Shown piece after piece: positions 1 through 10,343 of a stretch of 64,000 nucleotides of DNA; the first letter of the stretch is position 1; every line of letters starts with the position of its first letter. The stretch is from Candidatus Bathyarchaeota archaeon (GTDB lineage: Archaea > Thermoproteota > Bathyarchaeia > Bathyarchaeales > Bathycorpusculaceae): contig CAWHXY010000004.1 of the NCBI GenBank assembly GCA_963833575.1, forward strand, positions 960,001-1,024,000. Direction: 5' to 3'. Made by a program: the position numbers and the translations under genes. The notes below the pieces were generated by a model. It was not told the DNA's origin and made no database searches. It was given only the letters and a program-made list of their open reading frames with translations.

Positions 1-1
1 G

Positions 2-460
2 CTCTACCTGCTAAAAGAACAGGTAGGCGATGAGCAAGCAGAAACCAGCAAAACCAAAGTTAGAGGCTTAATCGTCGGCAAAACTACGTTAGACCCATGT
101 GTCGCTATAGAAAAATTGCGCAGCATTCTAGTGGAGCGTCCATACGAGTTCCGCTACGCCCTGAGAATTTTACCCATTGAACGGGTTGTGCCCACAGGCT
201 TGGAAGAAATAAAGCGTGTCGCCGAAGATTTAGCTTTAAGAATCGGCGAACAGGAAACTTTCAGAGTTACAGTTGAAAAACGTTTTACTACTCTTCATTC
301 AAAAGACATTATCGAGGCTGCAGCAGGAGATATCAAGCGCAGAGCCAACCTTGAAAATCCAGACAAAATCTTGCTTATCGAAGTTCTCGGAGCTTTAACC
401 GGTTTATCATTGCTAAAGCCCAACGATATTTTGGCTGTAATTAAAGAAAAAATGCTCTAA
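2..460 (+). CDS. THUMP-domain RNA-binding protein (TAN1-like), 5'-truncated by window edge
   Basis: Frame open from base 2 (LYLLKEQVG...); THUMP-like 'TFRVTVEKR...ANLENPDKILLIEVLG'. Confidence 0.85.
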   Translation, partial: LYLLKEQVGDEQAETSKTKVRGLIVGKTTLDPCVAIEKLRSILVERPYEFRYALRILPIERVVPTGLEEIKRVAEDLALRIGEQETFRVTVEKRFTTLHSKDIIEAAAGDIKRRANLENPDKILLIEVLGALTGLSLLKPNDILAVIKEKML

Positions 461-1023
461 AGCTGAGTCGACAGCAACGCAACACGTTCAATAACGAGGT
501 TAATTAGGGCTTTTTCACTTTCATCATTTTTTATTATTGTCTTGATTTCTTCATCACTAATTTGAAAGGCTTTTTTGATTTCGGTTTTCTTGGTTTTAGT
601 TAGATCAAGAACCCGTTCATCTGGATCTGAACCAAGACATTCGGTCACTGCTTGAAGAACGGTTTTGAGCCAGACTTGGTTTTCACCGATTATTACTACT
701 GCCATGTTTTTAGTTTCAGGCTTTATGCCGCAGAGCTGGATCGCTTTCGTTATTTGCCGCTGCCCTGAAGCGTAAAGCATTGTTTCCATGGCTAGGCTTT
801 TAGAAATGTTTGTTTTGTTTTGGAAACCTTGCAAGGCATTTATCGCTGCGAAATACAAGTGCTCTTGCGTGGCAATTAATGCTGCATCAAAAAATTGAAC
901 ATCAATAACTTTTCCAGTTTCTTTCCGATTGGATTTTAGGAATTCTTCAGCTTTAGCAAACGCTATATTTCTGTACCCTGTTATCTCCGCAAATTTGCCG
1001 TATTCCTTAAGGTGATATAGCAT
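457..1023 (-). CDS. cgi121: KEOPS complex subunit Cgi121
   Basis: 'VQFFDA..IAT.EHL', 'ETMLYASGQRQITKAI..G', C-terminal 'IERVALL'. Confidence 0.9.
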   Translation of the reverse strand: MLYHLKEYGKFAEITGYRNIAFAKAEEFLKSNRKETGKVIDVQFFDAALIATQEHLYFAAINALQGFQNKTNISKSLAMETMLYASGQRQITKAIQLCGIKPETKNMAVVIIGENQVWLKTVLQAVTECLGSDPDERVLDLTKTKKTEIKKAFQISDEEIKTIIKNDESEKALINLVIERVALLSTQL

Positions 1024-1033
1024 TTTGTGGCTC

Positions 1034-1621
1034 CTACTGCATATCTTTAAGAAATTCTTTAACTAATTGTTTTGGCAAGCCTGCTTTCACAAGTTTTGCG
1101 ATTTCTTTTCCCGGGGCACGTTTGTCCAGTTGGGTTTCAATTATTTTTCTCACAGTTTCCTTAATATCCCATGGAAAAACTATCCAGTTGCTTGTTTGTT
1201 TTTCAAAGTAGTCGGGTTTAGTTATTGATGTAGGTTTAGCGTAGAGGGTGGCGATTTTGATTTCTTTTGCGCCGTTTTGTTTCAGGTGGTTTTTTGCAAG
1301 CTGTAGGCTGCTCCCACTGTCAGAGATGTCATCCACTAACAGGACTGTTTTACTTGTCAATTGCAGATTTAAGCACCGTTTTAGAGAGGGTTCATCTTTT
1401 GTTTGGTTGATTCCTTTGTAATATTCGATTTGAATTGTGGTAAGATTTCTTGTTTCTAGGAGATCAGATAGAAATCGCGCCGGCACTATCCCGCCTCGTG
1501 CAATTCCCACTATAATATCAGGTTTGTAATCTGATTGTAATTTTTTGGTTTGGCAAAGCAGCATGGCATATATTTGGTTCCACGTTGGAACTTCAAATTG
1601 AATGTTGGTGTTATCGGACAT
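1034..1621 (-). CDS. Type I phosphoribosyltransferase (purine PRT-like)
   Basis: 'IVGIARGG', PRPP motif 'LLVDDISDSGSSL', 'WIVFPW'. Confidence 0.9.
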   Translation of the reverse strand: MSDNTNIQFEVPTWNQIYAMLLCQTKKLQSDYKPDIIVGIARGGIVPARFLSDLLETRNLTTIQIEYYKGINQTKDEPSLKRCLNLQLTSKTVLLVDDISDSGSSLQLAKNHLKQNGAKEIKIATLYAKPTSITKPDYFEKQTSNWIVFPWDIKETVRKIIETQLDKRAPGKEIAKLVKAGLPKQLVKEFLKDMQ

Positions 1622-1964
1622 TTATCTGCCTCTTGTGACTCTATTTTTGTTAGGGACTCATAATTTGATTTTGGTTTGTTAAGTGTTTTTCCTGTAAGTC
1701 TATTCTTTGGGATAGCTGGAGTTGAATTTCACTGGCATTTAATTGTAAAAGTTTAGGCATGTTAATGATTCCAATTCTATCTTTTGCCAGTTATAATGAT
1801 TGTAGCTCTAATCTTTTTTGGGCTAGTTTAGTATTATTTATAAAGGGGATCAGTTATTATTTCATTATTTGATGTCGGGAGGAAGGCGTCTGCAGATATG
1901 TTTCGCAATTCGTAATATTGGTTTAAAAGTCTCAGACGGATTTTTGATTATAAAATAGAAAGGA

Positions 1965-2309
1965 GTGTTTGAAATGGTGAAAAATATGGAAGAAGAAAAA
2001 ATTAAGCATGTGCTAACTGACTCAAAGCTATCGGCTATTAAAGCTATGCTAGAAAAAGATCATGCTATTGATTGCTTGTTGCTGCTGCACGCTGGCAGAG
2101 GTAAATGGAAAGACGCTAAGGATTTCATGCATAAAAATAAGCTCACATTAAGCGACGGAACTTTTAGGGCAAGAATGATCGAAATTGAATCGTTGGGTTT
2201 AGCTAAGAGCGAACGTATTGATCCGCTCAAGAAATATTACGTCAAAACTGAATTTGGCGAGAAAATAACGAATCTTCTTCTCAAGCTTTTCGACGAAATT
2301 AGCACTTAA
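1965..2309 (+). CDS. Winged-helix transcriptional regulator
   Basis: 'LSDGTFRARMIEIESLGL...KKYYVKTEFGEKI' resembles HxlR/PadR/MarR-type wHTH recognition helix and wing. Confidence 0.65.
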   Translation: MFEMVKNMEEEKIKHVLTDSKLSAIKAMLEKDHAIDCLLLLHAGRGKWKDAKDFMHKNKLTLSDGTFRARMIEIESLGLAKSERIDPLKKYYVKTEFGEKITNLLLKLFDEIST

Positions 2310-2460
2310 ACAATTTAGTTTTTTCTTTTTTCTTTTCTTTAGCTTTTTGAATTGTATTCTTGTTGTACAGGCATATACTACTGTATATTAAGTCGTAATA
2401 TTTATTAGGTCAAGTTATCCAAAATATGTTTCAATGAACTAACAAGAGTTGAAAATAAAA

Positions 2461-2916
2461 ATGAACTACATCAGAAAATTTAAGAAAAACTCAAAAGCCC
2501 TCAGCCCAGTAGTCGCATCAATCATACTCATAGCCGTCACAGTAGCCGTTAGCGTTGTCGTCGCAGCATGGATGGGCGGAATGACCATCGGATTAATGGG
2601 TTCAACAGAGCAAGCATCAATCACCAACATTCAATTCTTACCTGCCGGAACAGGTAACCCTGATGAAATAGTAGCGCTAGTACAGAATTCAGGAAGTAAC
2701 ACCGTAACAATCTCAACCGCATTTATCAACGGCGCATCAGCAACAATTGTCAACGCCACAGCTCAGATTCTAAAGAGCAGCTCAGGAGCCATAGTTTTGG
2801 ATGTCCCATCAAGTCTAGGCGCTTTAAGTGCAGACCAAGGAACTTCATTCGCAGTCAAACTGGTCACCGCAAAAGGTACTCAACTTTCGACAACTCAAAC
2901 ATATGCACCATATTAA
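2461..2916 (+). CDS. Archaeal type IV pilin (class III signal peptide)
   Basis: Basic leader 'KFKKNSKA' followed by 'LSPVVASIILIAVTVAVSVVVAAW'; ATG at 2461 preferred over TTG at 2449. Confidence 0.9.
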   Translation: MNYIRKFKKNSKALSPVVASIILIAVTVAVSVVVAAWMGGMTIGLMGSTEQASITNIQFLPAGTGNPDEIVALVQNSGSNTVTISTAFINGASATIVNATAQILKSSSGAIVLDVPSSLGALSADQGTSFAVKLVTAKGTQLSTTQTYAPY

Positions 2917-3010
2917 ATTCCGACATTTAATTTAGAAATTTGGGGGTAAGGTGAAGCAATCATTCACCCAATTTTCCTTTTCTTATATCATTTAAGGGAG
3001 TAAAAAAATC

Positions 3011-3436
3011 ATGGTAACACAAATAAAAGAATACAATTCAGCCCAGGCAATTGCCGAAGCCTTAGACAAAGAATTATCTGAAACCAAAAGCGTACTCGGA
3101 GAATATCTGCGTCGCTTAGATGAAATAAGAAACTTGGCGGAAAAATCAAAAAAAGTCCGCGAAGTCGTCATGAAGCTTGCAGGCAAAAAACCCAACAGCG
3201 AAAACCCGAGCGAAGTAACTGTAGGAACACTAAACATCATCTTAGATGCTAATGCGTTCCACGAGTTAACCGCTATAGAAGCTGTTGTGCGCAGTCACCA
3301 GGAACGACTTTTGATTTTGCAGAAAGTTCGTGAAGCGCTAAAATGGCTTGATCAACTCGGAGACACCGAAGGACTCAGATACCTTGTTTTAGAAGACGAG
3401 GGCGTTCCAGAACGCATACTATTCAAAATAACGTGA
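3011..3436 (+). CDS. Hypothetical coiled-coil protein
   Basis: 141-aa ORF with helical charged pattern, RBS-like GGGAG upstream. Confidence 0.7.
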   Translation: MVTQIKEYNSAQAIAEALDKELSETKSVLGEYLRRLDEIRNLAEKSKKVREVVMKLAGKKPNSENPSEVTVGTLNIILDANAFHELTAIEAVVRSHQERLLILQKVREALKWLDQLGDTEGLRYLVLEDEGVPERILFKIT

Positions 3437-4281
3437 TAAGCAAATACGAAAAGGAGCAAAATATGACCCAAACCTACTCTAATCCACTGCAAATAATCAT
3501 AGATGAATTCAAAAACATAAGTCCAGAAATAAAGAAAACTTTTATTTTTAAGACAAACGGCGAAATTGTTGCTTGCGACGAAACTACAACCCAAGATCAA
3601 AGTAAAAAACTAGCCGTTGCTTTTCTTAACTTGTCAAGTGAAGCTGAAGTTATAGGTGGCATAGAAAATCTGGCCATTCAAGGTGCGGATAGCCAACTAA
3701 ACATTACGTCTATGAACGATCGATACCTTACAACTGTTTCTTCCCGTTCAGCGGATGTGAAAATTGTCAATAGTTTAACTCGTGTTATTATTCCAACAAT
3801 TATGACGCTAATTGATGAAGTCCCATCTGAGAGATTAGAAAACGAGCTACCTCAAACTGCCGAGCTTGAAACGGAACCGGTTGAAGATGTGGTTCTAACA
3901 CCTCAAGACCCTATATCCACTGATTTATCTACTGACGTGCCGGTAACATTTGGTTCTGATCCGCCGCTTCCGCAACCTCCCGTGACCCAGTTTATGGTGG
4001 AAAAGATCGGGGGCTTACTAGTCTCTTCTGACACTGTGCGGGTTGATAGCGGAGTAATAGAAAAATGGAGTGATCTCTTCGGCGACACACAAATCACACA
4101 GATACACATAGAAACCTTAGAGGGCAAAACAACAATCTGCAAGTTTAGAGCTGTAAAAGAAGCGGACATTAATGCTAAAGGCATAATACAAATTCCGGAA
4201 AAAATCCTTCAATCGTTACAAACTAGTAAAGGTAAACTCGTAATCGTTAAACCGGTAATAACCCAGTCTCAGGAGAGATAA
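3433..4281 (+). CDS. Roadblock/LC7-like N-terminal domain + acidic Pro-rich linker + C-terminal beta-barrel domain (start may be ATG 3463)
   Basis: 'SPEIKKTFIFKTNGEIVA' roadblock-like start; PPLPQPP linker; C-terminal 'DTVRVD...GIIQIPEKILQSL...GKLVIVKP'. Confidence 0.65.
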   Translation: MISKYEKEQNMTQTYSNPLQIIIDEFKNISPEIKKTFIFKTNGEIVACDETTTQDQSKKLAVAFLNLSSEAEVIGGIENLAIQGADSQLNITSMNDRYLTTVSSRSADVKIVNSLTRVIIPTIMTLIDEVPSERLENELPQTAELETEPVEDVVLTPQDPISTDLSTDVPVTFGSDPPLPQPPVTQFMVEKIGGLLVSSDTVRVDSGVIEKWSDLFGDTQITQIHIETLEGKTTICKFRAVKEADINAKGIIQIPEKILQSLQTSKGKLVIVKPVITQSQER

Positions 4282-4285
4282 TGCG

Positions 4286-4690
4286 TTGAAACAAAAAACA
4301 AGCCCCACCCGCGACGAAATCTCAGTAACAAACGAGGCTGCGCCAAAACCGATTGTTGAAGAGAATTCTGCTTTCGTAAGCCTAAGTGCGAGTTTAGAGG
4401 AAATACGTAAACTAAAAGGTGTCATAGGCTACATTATAAGAAGTAATACTTCAGCGGTAGTAGACTTAACGGAACCAGATAAGATTAGTGAATATGCTCT
4501 CTTAACTTCTGAAATTCATGAGTCATGCCAAAACATAACAAATCATCTAAATTTAGGTGAAACTGAAACTGCAATAATTGAAGGCAAAAACGTTAAGGTG
4601 CTCTGTCTTAGTGTGGGAGAAAATAGAATAAGCATTTTAATGGAAAAAGACGCCAATCATTCTTGGATAATTAAAAGAATTTTATTATAA
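4286..4690 (+). CDS. Roadblock/LC7 (MglB-like) domain protein
   Basis: 'LEEIRKLKGVIGYII...LGETETAIIEGKNVKVLCL...ISILMEK' roadblock pattern. Confidence 0.8.
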   Translation: MKQKTSPTRDEISVTNEAAPKPIVEENSAFVSLSASLEEIRKLKGVIGYIIRSNTSAVVDLTEPDKISEYALLTSEIHESCQNITNHLNLGETETAIIEGKNVKVLCLSVGENRISILMEKDANHSWIIKRILL

Positions 4691-4781
4691 CAGTGATCAA
4701 TAAAGTCTAATAATTTCGATCTTGTCGTTTGATTATTTTTGCAGGAAAGCACTTTAGAGAAACTGTCAATAGATTTAGTAA

Positions 4782-5360
4782 GTGAAGAATTTGTCTCGAG
4801 AATTCATTTTGTTCTCTCGTTTGGGAAAAACCAACTCGTTATTTAGCAACCTGCATGATGCAGGAAGATTAGATATAGTCTACGAATGTATAGTCACAAG
4901 CCTTTTTCTTTCTCATGGCATACGCAGAGACGTAACTTTCCACGCAGTATTGAATGGTCCACCAAATCCACCACGGCACATACAAATCGACGGCAGTACC
5001 GTCTATGACGTACGGACAGATGTGGACACATGGCAGCAAATCCTAAGAAAAGTAATTGCTGGCAAATCCCATCCTGGCATTAGCATGGACAAGTCAAGCT
5101 TTGAAGCGCTACTCAAAACAGAAGCTCAAACACGCAAGGTGTATGTTTTGGAAGAGGGTGGAAAAGACGTCACTGAGTCAAAACTTGAGGAAAATGCAGT
5201 TTTTATCTTGGGCGATCATGTGGGGTTGCCCAAAAAAGCTGAAACCTTCGCCCTTCGGTACGGCGAAAAAATTAGTTTAGGCAAACAGCCCTATTTGGCC
5301 GCCTCATGCATAACAATAATCAATTACCTGCTAGACTGCCGAGTTAAAACTCGCTTTTGA
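4782..5360 (+). CDS. trmY: tRNA (pseudouridine54-N1)-methyltransferase (SPOUT)
   Basis: 'AGRLDIV...SLFLSHGIRRDV', 'FILGDHVG', 'ISLG..YLAASCI'. Confidence 0.9.
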   Translation: MKNLSREFILFSRLGKTNSLFSNLHDAGRLDIVYECIVTSLFLSHGIRRDVTFHAVLNGPPNPPRHIQIDGSTVYDVRTDVDTWQQILRKVIAGKSHPGISMDKSSFEALLKTEAQTRKVYVLEEGGKDVTESKLEENAVFILGDHVGLPKKAETFALRYGEKISLGKQPYLAASCITIINYLLDCRVKTRF

Positions 5361-6375
5361 AATGTTCCCAGCCTCGAGCGGCAATAGTATGTTTCTTTCC
5401 ATCAACATCTAAAATCATCTCTTTATCCCTTGCAACTTTCCCGATAGGTAGAAGGCATCCGCCGATTGCTTCCACTGCGGTTTCAGCATTAACCCACATT
5501 TTTGGTTTTACAGTAACTACCAGTTCGTATTCTTCCCCGCCGTAAAGTGCCAGTTCTAAAGGGTCGAGATGGTTGAACTCTGCAAATCGTTTTACTTCGT
5601 CCGCAACAGGAATGCTATTAACAATGAAACCGACATCACTCATTCTTCCGATTTCGTGCAGACTCCATGCTAAGCCATCACTTGAATCTATAGAAGCTGA
5701 GACTGCGCCTGAGTGGCTAAGTGCTAATCCCTCTTTGAGTCTGGCTTTAGGCATGCAAACTGCGCTTAACAGAACTTCGTTGAGGTTTGGAGATACTGAG
5801 CAGTTGTCTTTAAGCAAGCGTAGACCAGAAGCGGATTTGCCAAAAAAACCTGTAACTGCCAGAATATCGCCTGGTTTTGCTCCATTGCGCAACATTAAGG
5901 CTTCTTTTGTAGCGGTTCCAAAAAGCGAAATTGAAATGATGAGATCTGAAGTTTCACTTGTGTCGCCGCCGATAATGTATGCGCCATATTCTCGTGCTCC
6001 AGCGTTTAATCCTCTTGCAATTTCTTCGATGTCTTTGCGCATGAATTCTTTCGGCAAACCAAGTGCCACAAGAGCAGCTGTAGGTTGAGCCCCTTTAGAT
6101 GCGAAATCACTTACATTCATTACAATTGCTTTCCGAGCTGCTTGCCAAAGACTCATTTTTCTGGGAACATCGGTTTTACCTACTAACATATCAGTTTTTA
6201 ATACTGCGATTTGTTTTTCGTCCAGATTAACACCGGAAACGTCGTCTCCAAAAGGAACGGTTAAATTAGGCATCGGTTCCAGGTTGTTGGCGAGGATTTC
6301 AATTATTTTTCGTTCGCCTAAGTCTGTGCTTTTTTCGCCTGAATAGAGGTCGTTTCCAGTTTTGTCGTTATCCAT
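5344..6375 (-). CDS. thiL: Thiamine-monophosphate kinase
   Basis: 'GDD', 'NVSDFASKGA.P', 'IGGDT', 'IDSSDGL', 'GGEEYEL', 'GWEHF'. Confidence 0.95.
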   Translation of the reverse strand: MDNDKTGNDLYSGEKSTDLGERKIIEILANNLEPMPNLTVPFGDDVSGVNLDEKQIAVLKTDMLVGKTDVPRKMSLWQAARKAIVMNVSDFASKGAQPTAALVALGLPKEFMRKDIEEIARGLNAGAREYGAYIIGGDTSETSDLIISISLFGTATKEALMLRNGAKPGDILAVTGFFGKSASGLRLLKDNCSVSPNLNEVLLSAVCMPKARLKEGLALSHSGAVSASIDSSDGLAWSLHEIGRMSDVGFIVNSIPVADEVKRFAEFNHLDPLELALYGGEEYELVVTVKPKMWVNAETAVEAIGGCLLPIGKVARDKEMILDVDGKKHTIAARGWEHFKSEF

Positions 6376-6592
6376 AAATTTATTCTCTTTTCAATAAAAC
6401 TGCAGTCAAAAAATATAAGGTTGGTTAAGACTTTTAAAATTGACGCTTAAACTGCCTGAAGAATTCTTTTGGTCTCTCTATCATCCTTCGAGTTCACTAG
6501 ATAATCCCAAATGGTTGTTGACTTCAAATCTTGAAATACAGATTTACCTGAAAACCTTAAAAACTTGGGTTTCACTCATTAGCAAATGCGAT

Positions 6593-6669
6593 GCCCCGAT
6601 GGCTCAGCCTGGTAGAGCGGCTGCCTCGTAAGCAGCAGGCCGCGGGATCAAAGCCCGCTCGAGGCTCCA
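6593..6669 (+). tRNA. tRNA-Thr(CGT), intronless, encoded CCA
   Basis: Cloverleaf: acceptor GCCCCGA/TCGAGGC, D-arm GCTC..GAGC, anticodon arm CTGC-CTCGTAA-GCAG, T-arm GCGGG-ATCAAAG-CCCGC, T-CCA end. Confidence 0.93.
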
Positions 6670-7263
6670 TTTAAACTTTGCAATAAAACAAGAAGCGTTG
6701 TTTTTGAGGGAAATAAGAGATTTGGGTTTTTCGAAGGGTCCTAATTTATTATTGTGCTCGGTTTTTTGTCATCTCCATTTTTTGTTTTATGTTTTTGTTA
6801 AGCTGCGTTTTTTAGGAATTTTCGATATTTTGTATTGTAATATACGAAGGCTGCCATCAACGAGCTTGTGAATAACACGATTAATGGCATGCTTGTTTCT
6901 ACAATCATTTTTGTTCTCCTATACGTGTGGGAAGTACACGCTTTCTTTTTGAGCTGTTTTCTTTTGGGACGTTTTTTCCATTTTTTCCACCACTAATTTT
7001 TGATATTAATTACTTGATGAGCAATATAAGGGTGTTTGAGATTTGTTCATAAATATTGTGAAAAGTTGGATGAATAGTGGTTTAACGCCATTTATTATGT
7101 AACTAAATATCAAAAAATGCTTAACAAGTTAACAATTGTAGAATAGGTGCTTTTCTAGCGTGGTTGTATTTGTGTTGTGCATGTCGGCGCTCACACGGCT
7201 AAGTTGGAAATCTTTATTAAATATTACTATACTCGATGATAATTACATCAGGAGGCGATTGAC

Positions 7264-7596
7264 ATGCAGATTTTCGGGCACCAACACGAAGAAAAACTTA
7301 AATGCCCATACAAAGGCTGCGAAAAAACATTCGACAAGCCAACCGTCATAACTGACACCTCAGTCCTACCAAGACAAACACACTACGCCTGTCCCTACTG
7401 CATGTCCAAGCTTAACCTAATAATGGACAAAGAGAAAATCTTGGAGATAAAACCAACTGAGTATTCAACAGTTTTGGATTCTCCTGCAAAATGTGCCATC
7501 TTCAGCGGACTTCTGCAGCCAGGACAACAAATTCTGACGATGGACGAATGCCTAATATGCCCCAAGGTTCTCCAATGCAACATACGCAAGAAATAG
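7264..7596 (+). CDS. Small Cys-rich putative zinc-binding protein
   Basis: CPYKGC, CPYC, and C..ECLIC..VLQC; GGAGG RBS upstream of ATG. Confidence 0.75.
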   Translation: MQIFGHQHEEKLKCPYKGCEKTFDKPTVITDTSVLPRQTHYACPYCMSKLNLIMDKEKILEIKPTEYSTVLDSPAKCAIFSGLLQPGQQILTMDECLICPKVLQCNIRKK

Positions 7597-7606
7597 TAGA
7601 TTTGAT

Positions 7607-8167
7607 CTAAAATCTAATATTTGGGTTCCAAGCACCTGACGAAGATTGCCTTTCTGTAACTTCCACATGTTCTATTACAATCACTGCTCCGATGACTATT
7701 CGGTGGTCGACATCTCCTGTAATTGACACTCCAAGTTGATCTCTTACAGATACCCATTTCCGATGAATAATTGCAACTGGTGCTCTATCGACCTCCATTT
7801 GATATTCGTGTTCAGTAAAGTCTCCATAGATTCGCATGAACTCTTGGCCATTTTTTTCTATCCAGAATTCTTCGCCGACCAGCTTGGCGATTTTGCGCTT
7901 TATGGTGCCGAGCTCTTCGCCGCTTGAGCTGAAAAAAGTAAATTCTCGGTGTAGTGACAACGTTTTTCCATGCAGATGCATGAGTTCCAAGCCATGAGTA
8001 TCCAAAACTGTGAATTTGGGTGGAACCTGGACGATTTTACCGTCTGCCTCGGCCATCTTATTGCCTTTTAGGTCGATAAAATCATAGTGTTCTCTTGCAG
8101 AGAGGATTTTCTTTTGCATTATGAAATCGTTAGATTCAATTAGGAAATTGTCGCTCATGTTAGTCAC
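7607..8167 (-). CDS. LURP-one/tubby-like (scramblase-fold) protein
   Basis: 'KKILSAREHYDF', 'IYGDFTEHEY', 'AIIHRKWVSVRD...V.ITGD.D..IVIG.VIVIE'. Confidence 0.85.
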   Translation of the reverse strand: MTNMSDNFLIESNDFIMQKKILSAREHYDFIDLKGNKMAEADGKIVQVPPKFTVLDTHGLELMHLHGKTLSLHREFTFFSSSGEELGTIKRKIAKLVGEEFWIEKNGQEFMRIYGDFTEHEYQMEVDRAPVAIIHRKWVSVRDQLGVSITGDVDHRIVIGAVIVIEHVEVTERQSSSGAWNPNIRF

Positions 8168-8349
8168 ATTGAAAAAGGACTATTCAATTTAAAAAGTCTT
8201 TGTAACACTAATGATTTAACTAGGGAAGGGCGATAGTAAGTCATTCTTTGTTAACGAATTCGGCAACGATAAATAAAGGTCTGCATCAGCCAGTAGGAAC
8301 AACCCTCAACAACTAATAAGCAGAATAAGATAACCAGTCTGTTTTAAGG

Positions 8350-8364
8350 GTAAAAGTTTATATT
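8350..8364 (+). promoter_or_regulatory. Putative BRE/TATA box of thermosome gene
   Basis: Purine-rich GTAAAAG followed by TTTATATT about 65 bp upstream of ATG 8427. Confidence 0.45.
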
Positions 8365-8426
8365 TCCGTAGCCTTTTTTGCTTATTTCCGAATTAAATAA
8401 AGTTCTATTAAAGTAGGGATAACAAT

Positions 8427-10079
8427 ATGGCGTATTTAACAACAACAGGTTCAGGACAGCCAGTCTTGATTCTTAAAGAAGGAACAACCCGAAGTAGAGG
8501 CAAAGAAGCCCAAAGAAACAACATTATGGCCGCACGAGTAATCGGCGAAGTACTCAAAACCACCTTAGGCCCACGAGGCATGGACAAGATGCTCATCGAC
8601 AGCCTAGGCGACATTACAATTACAAACGACGGGGCAACGATCCTAAAAGAAATAGACGTTGAACACCCAGCAGCGAAAATGATGGTTGAAATCGCAAAAA
8701 CACAAGACGACATGGTCGGCGACGGAACCACAACAGCAGTAGTCCTCGCAAGCGAACTGCTCAAGAAAGCAGAAGAACTTCTAGACCAAAATATCCACCC
8801 CATAATCTTAGTTAGCGGCTACCGAAAAGCATCACAAAAAGCAATCGAAGTCATAAACAAAATAGCTGTTCCATTGGACGTAAACGATCGCAAAACACTC
8901 CTCAAAGTTGCATTAACATCTATGAGTAGCAAATCCGTAGGCGGAGCAAAAGATCACCTGGCAGAAATTTCCATCGACGCGGTCAAACAAATCGCAGAAC
9001 AACGCGGCGACAAAACCATAGCCGACATAGATAATATCCAACTAATCAAGAAAACAGGCAAAAGCCTCCTAGAAACAGAATTGATCCAAGGCATAATCAT
9101 CGACAAAGAAGTAGTTAACCCAGGCATGCCGAAAAAGAAAGAAAACGCAAAAATTGCTCTCCTAGACTCAGCACTCGAAATAGAAAAAACTGAGATTACA
9201 GCTGAAATCCGCATCAAAGACCCATCACAAATGAAAGCCTTCCTAGACCAAGAAAACGACATGATGCAGAAAATGGTCACAAAAATCAAAGCATCAAAAG
9301 CGGACATAGTTTTCTGCCAAAAAGGCATAGATGACATGGTTCAACACTTCTTAGCTAAAGAAGGCATAATGGCAGCTCGACGCGTAAAAGAATCAGATAT
9401 GGAGAAACTTGCAAGAGCAACAGGCGCAAGAATAAGCAGCGATTTAGACGACCTAAAAGCCGCAGATCTTGGTTTGGCAGGCTTAGTGGAAGAACGCAAA
9501 ATCGGCGACGACAAAATGATTTTTGTCGAAAAATGTAAAGATCCACATAGCGTGGCTATACTCATCCGCGCAGGCTTAGAACGCATGGTTGACGAAGCAG
9601 AAAGAGCCATGATCGACTCACTCTCAGTTGTGTCAGACGTAATTGAGAATAACAAAATTGTCGCAGGCGGCGGAGCAGTTGAAATAGAAATAGCCAAAGA
9701 ACTACGCAAATATGCAACAAAAGTTGGTGGAAGAGAGCAACTAGCCGTTGAAGCATTCGCAGACGCAGTCGAAGTAATCCCAAGAGCATTAGCAGAAAAC
9801 GCTGGTCTCGAACCTATAGATATCCTCGTCGAACTACGCTCAAAACACGATACCGCCGAAGGCAAAAACATAGGAATAAACGTCTTCACTGGTAAACTAC
9901 AAAACAGCATTGAGAACGGCGTCATAGAACCAATAGTTGTCAAAGAACAAGCCATAAAATCAGCAGCAGAATCAGCAGCCATGATACTACGCATAGACGA
10001 CGTAATTACCAGCAAATCACCAAAAGGTGGCCCAGGTGGTCCAGGTGGACCCGGCGGAATGCCCGGCGGCGAAGAATAA
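8427..10079 (+). CDS. ths: Thermosome (group II chaperonin) subunit
   Basis: '[12 protein letters not shown]', 'TNDGATIL', 'GDGTTT', 'GGGAVE', Gly/Pro/Met C-terminal tail. Confidence 0.98.
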   Translation: MAYLTTTGSGQPVLILKEGTTRSRGKEAQRNNIMAARVIGEVLKTTLGPRGMDKMLIDSLGDITITNDGATILKEIDVEHPAAKMMVEIAKTQDDMVGDGTTTAVVLASELLKKAEELLDQNIHPIILVSGYRKASQKAIEVINKIAVPLDVNDRKTLLKVALTSMSSKSVGGAKDHLAEISIDAVKQIAEQRGDKTIADIDNIQLIKKTGKSLLETELIQGIIIDKEVVNPGMPKKKENAKIALLDSALEIEKTEITAEIRIKDPSQMKAFLDQENDMMQKMVTKIKASKADIVFCQKGIDDMVQHFLAKEGIMAARRVKESDMEKLARATGARISSDLDDLKAADLGLAGLVEERKIGDDKMIFVEKCKDPHSVAILIRAGLERMVDEAERAMIDSLSVVSDVIENNKIVAGGGAVEIEIAKELRKYATKVGGREQLAVEAFADAVEVIPRALAENAGLEPIDILVELRSKHDTAEGKNIGINVFTGKLQNSIENGVIEPIVVKEQAIKSAAESAAMILRIDDVITSKSPKGGPGGPGGPGGMPGGEE

Positions 10080-10343
10080 ATAAACCACATTTCTTAATTT
10101 TTCTTTTTCAATTCTAAGTTCGCTCTCTATGACCATAGGTTTTCTATTCTTTTGACAATACAAAATTTGATCTTTCTTTTGCAAATGCTGAGTAATCAGG
10201 CTCTTTCAAAGGGATAAGTCAAAAGCAAGAGTTGGAAAACCTTAAACTCCAAATACCCTGAAGAGAACCTTGTAAACAACAAATAATTTAAAATAACCCA
10301 TCATGTTTATTGTAGCCATTAACACGGAGAGAAGGGCGAAAAG

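Noticed and set aside
10021-10075. GGP-coding 9-bp repeats at the thermosome 3' end
   Set aside because: Ordinary Gly/Pro/Met-rich chaperonin tail.
8408-10090. Long antisense ORFs over the thermosome (and similar ones over thiL, infB, ubiD, ppk1, mtrH)
   Set aside because: Shadow frames of well-conserved genes produced by codon bias; no recognisable motifs.
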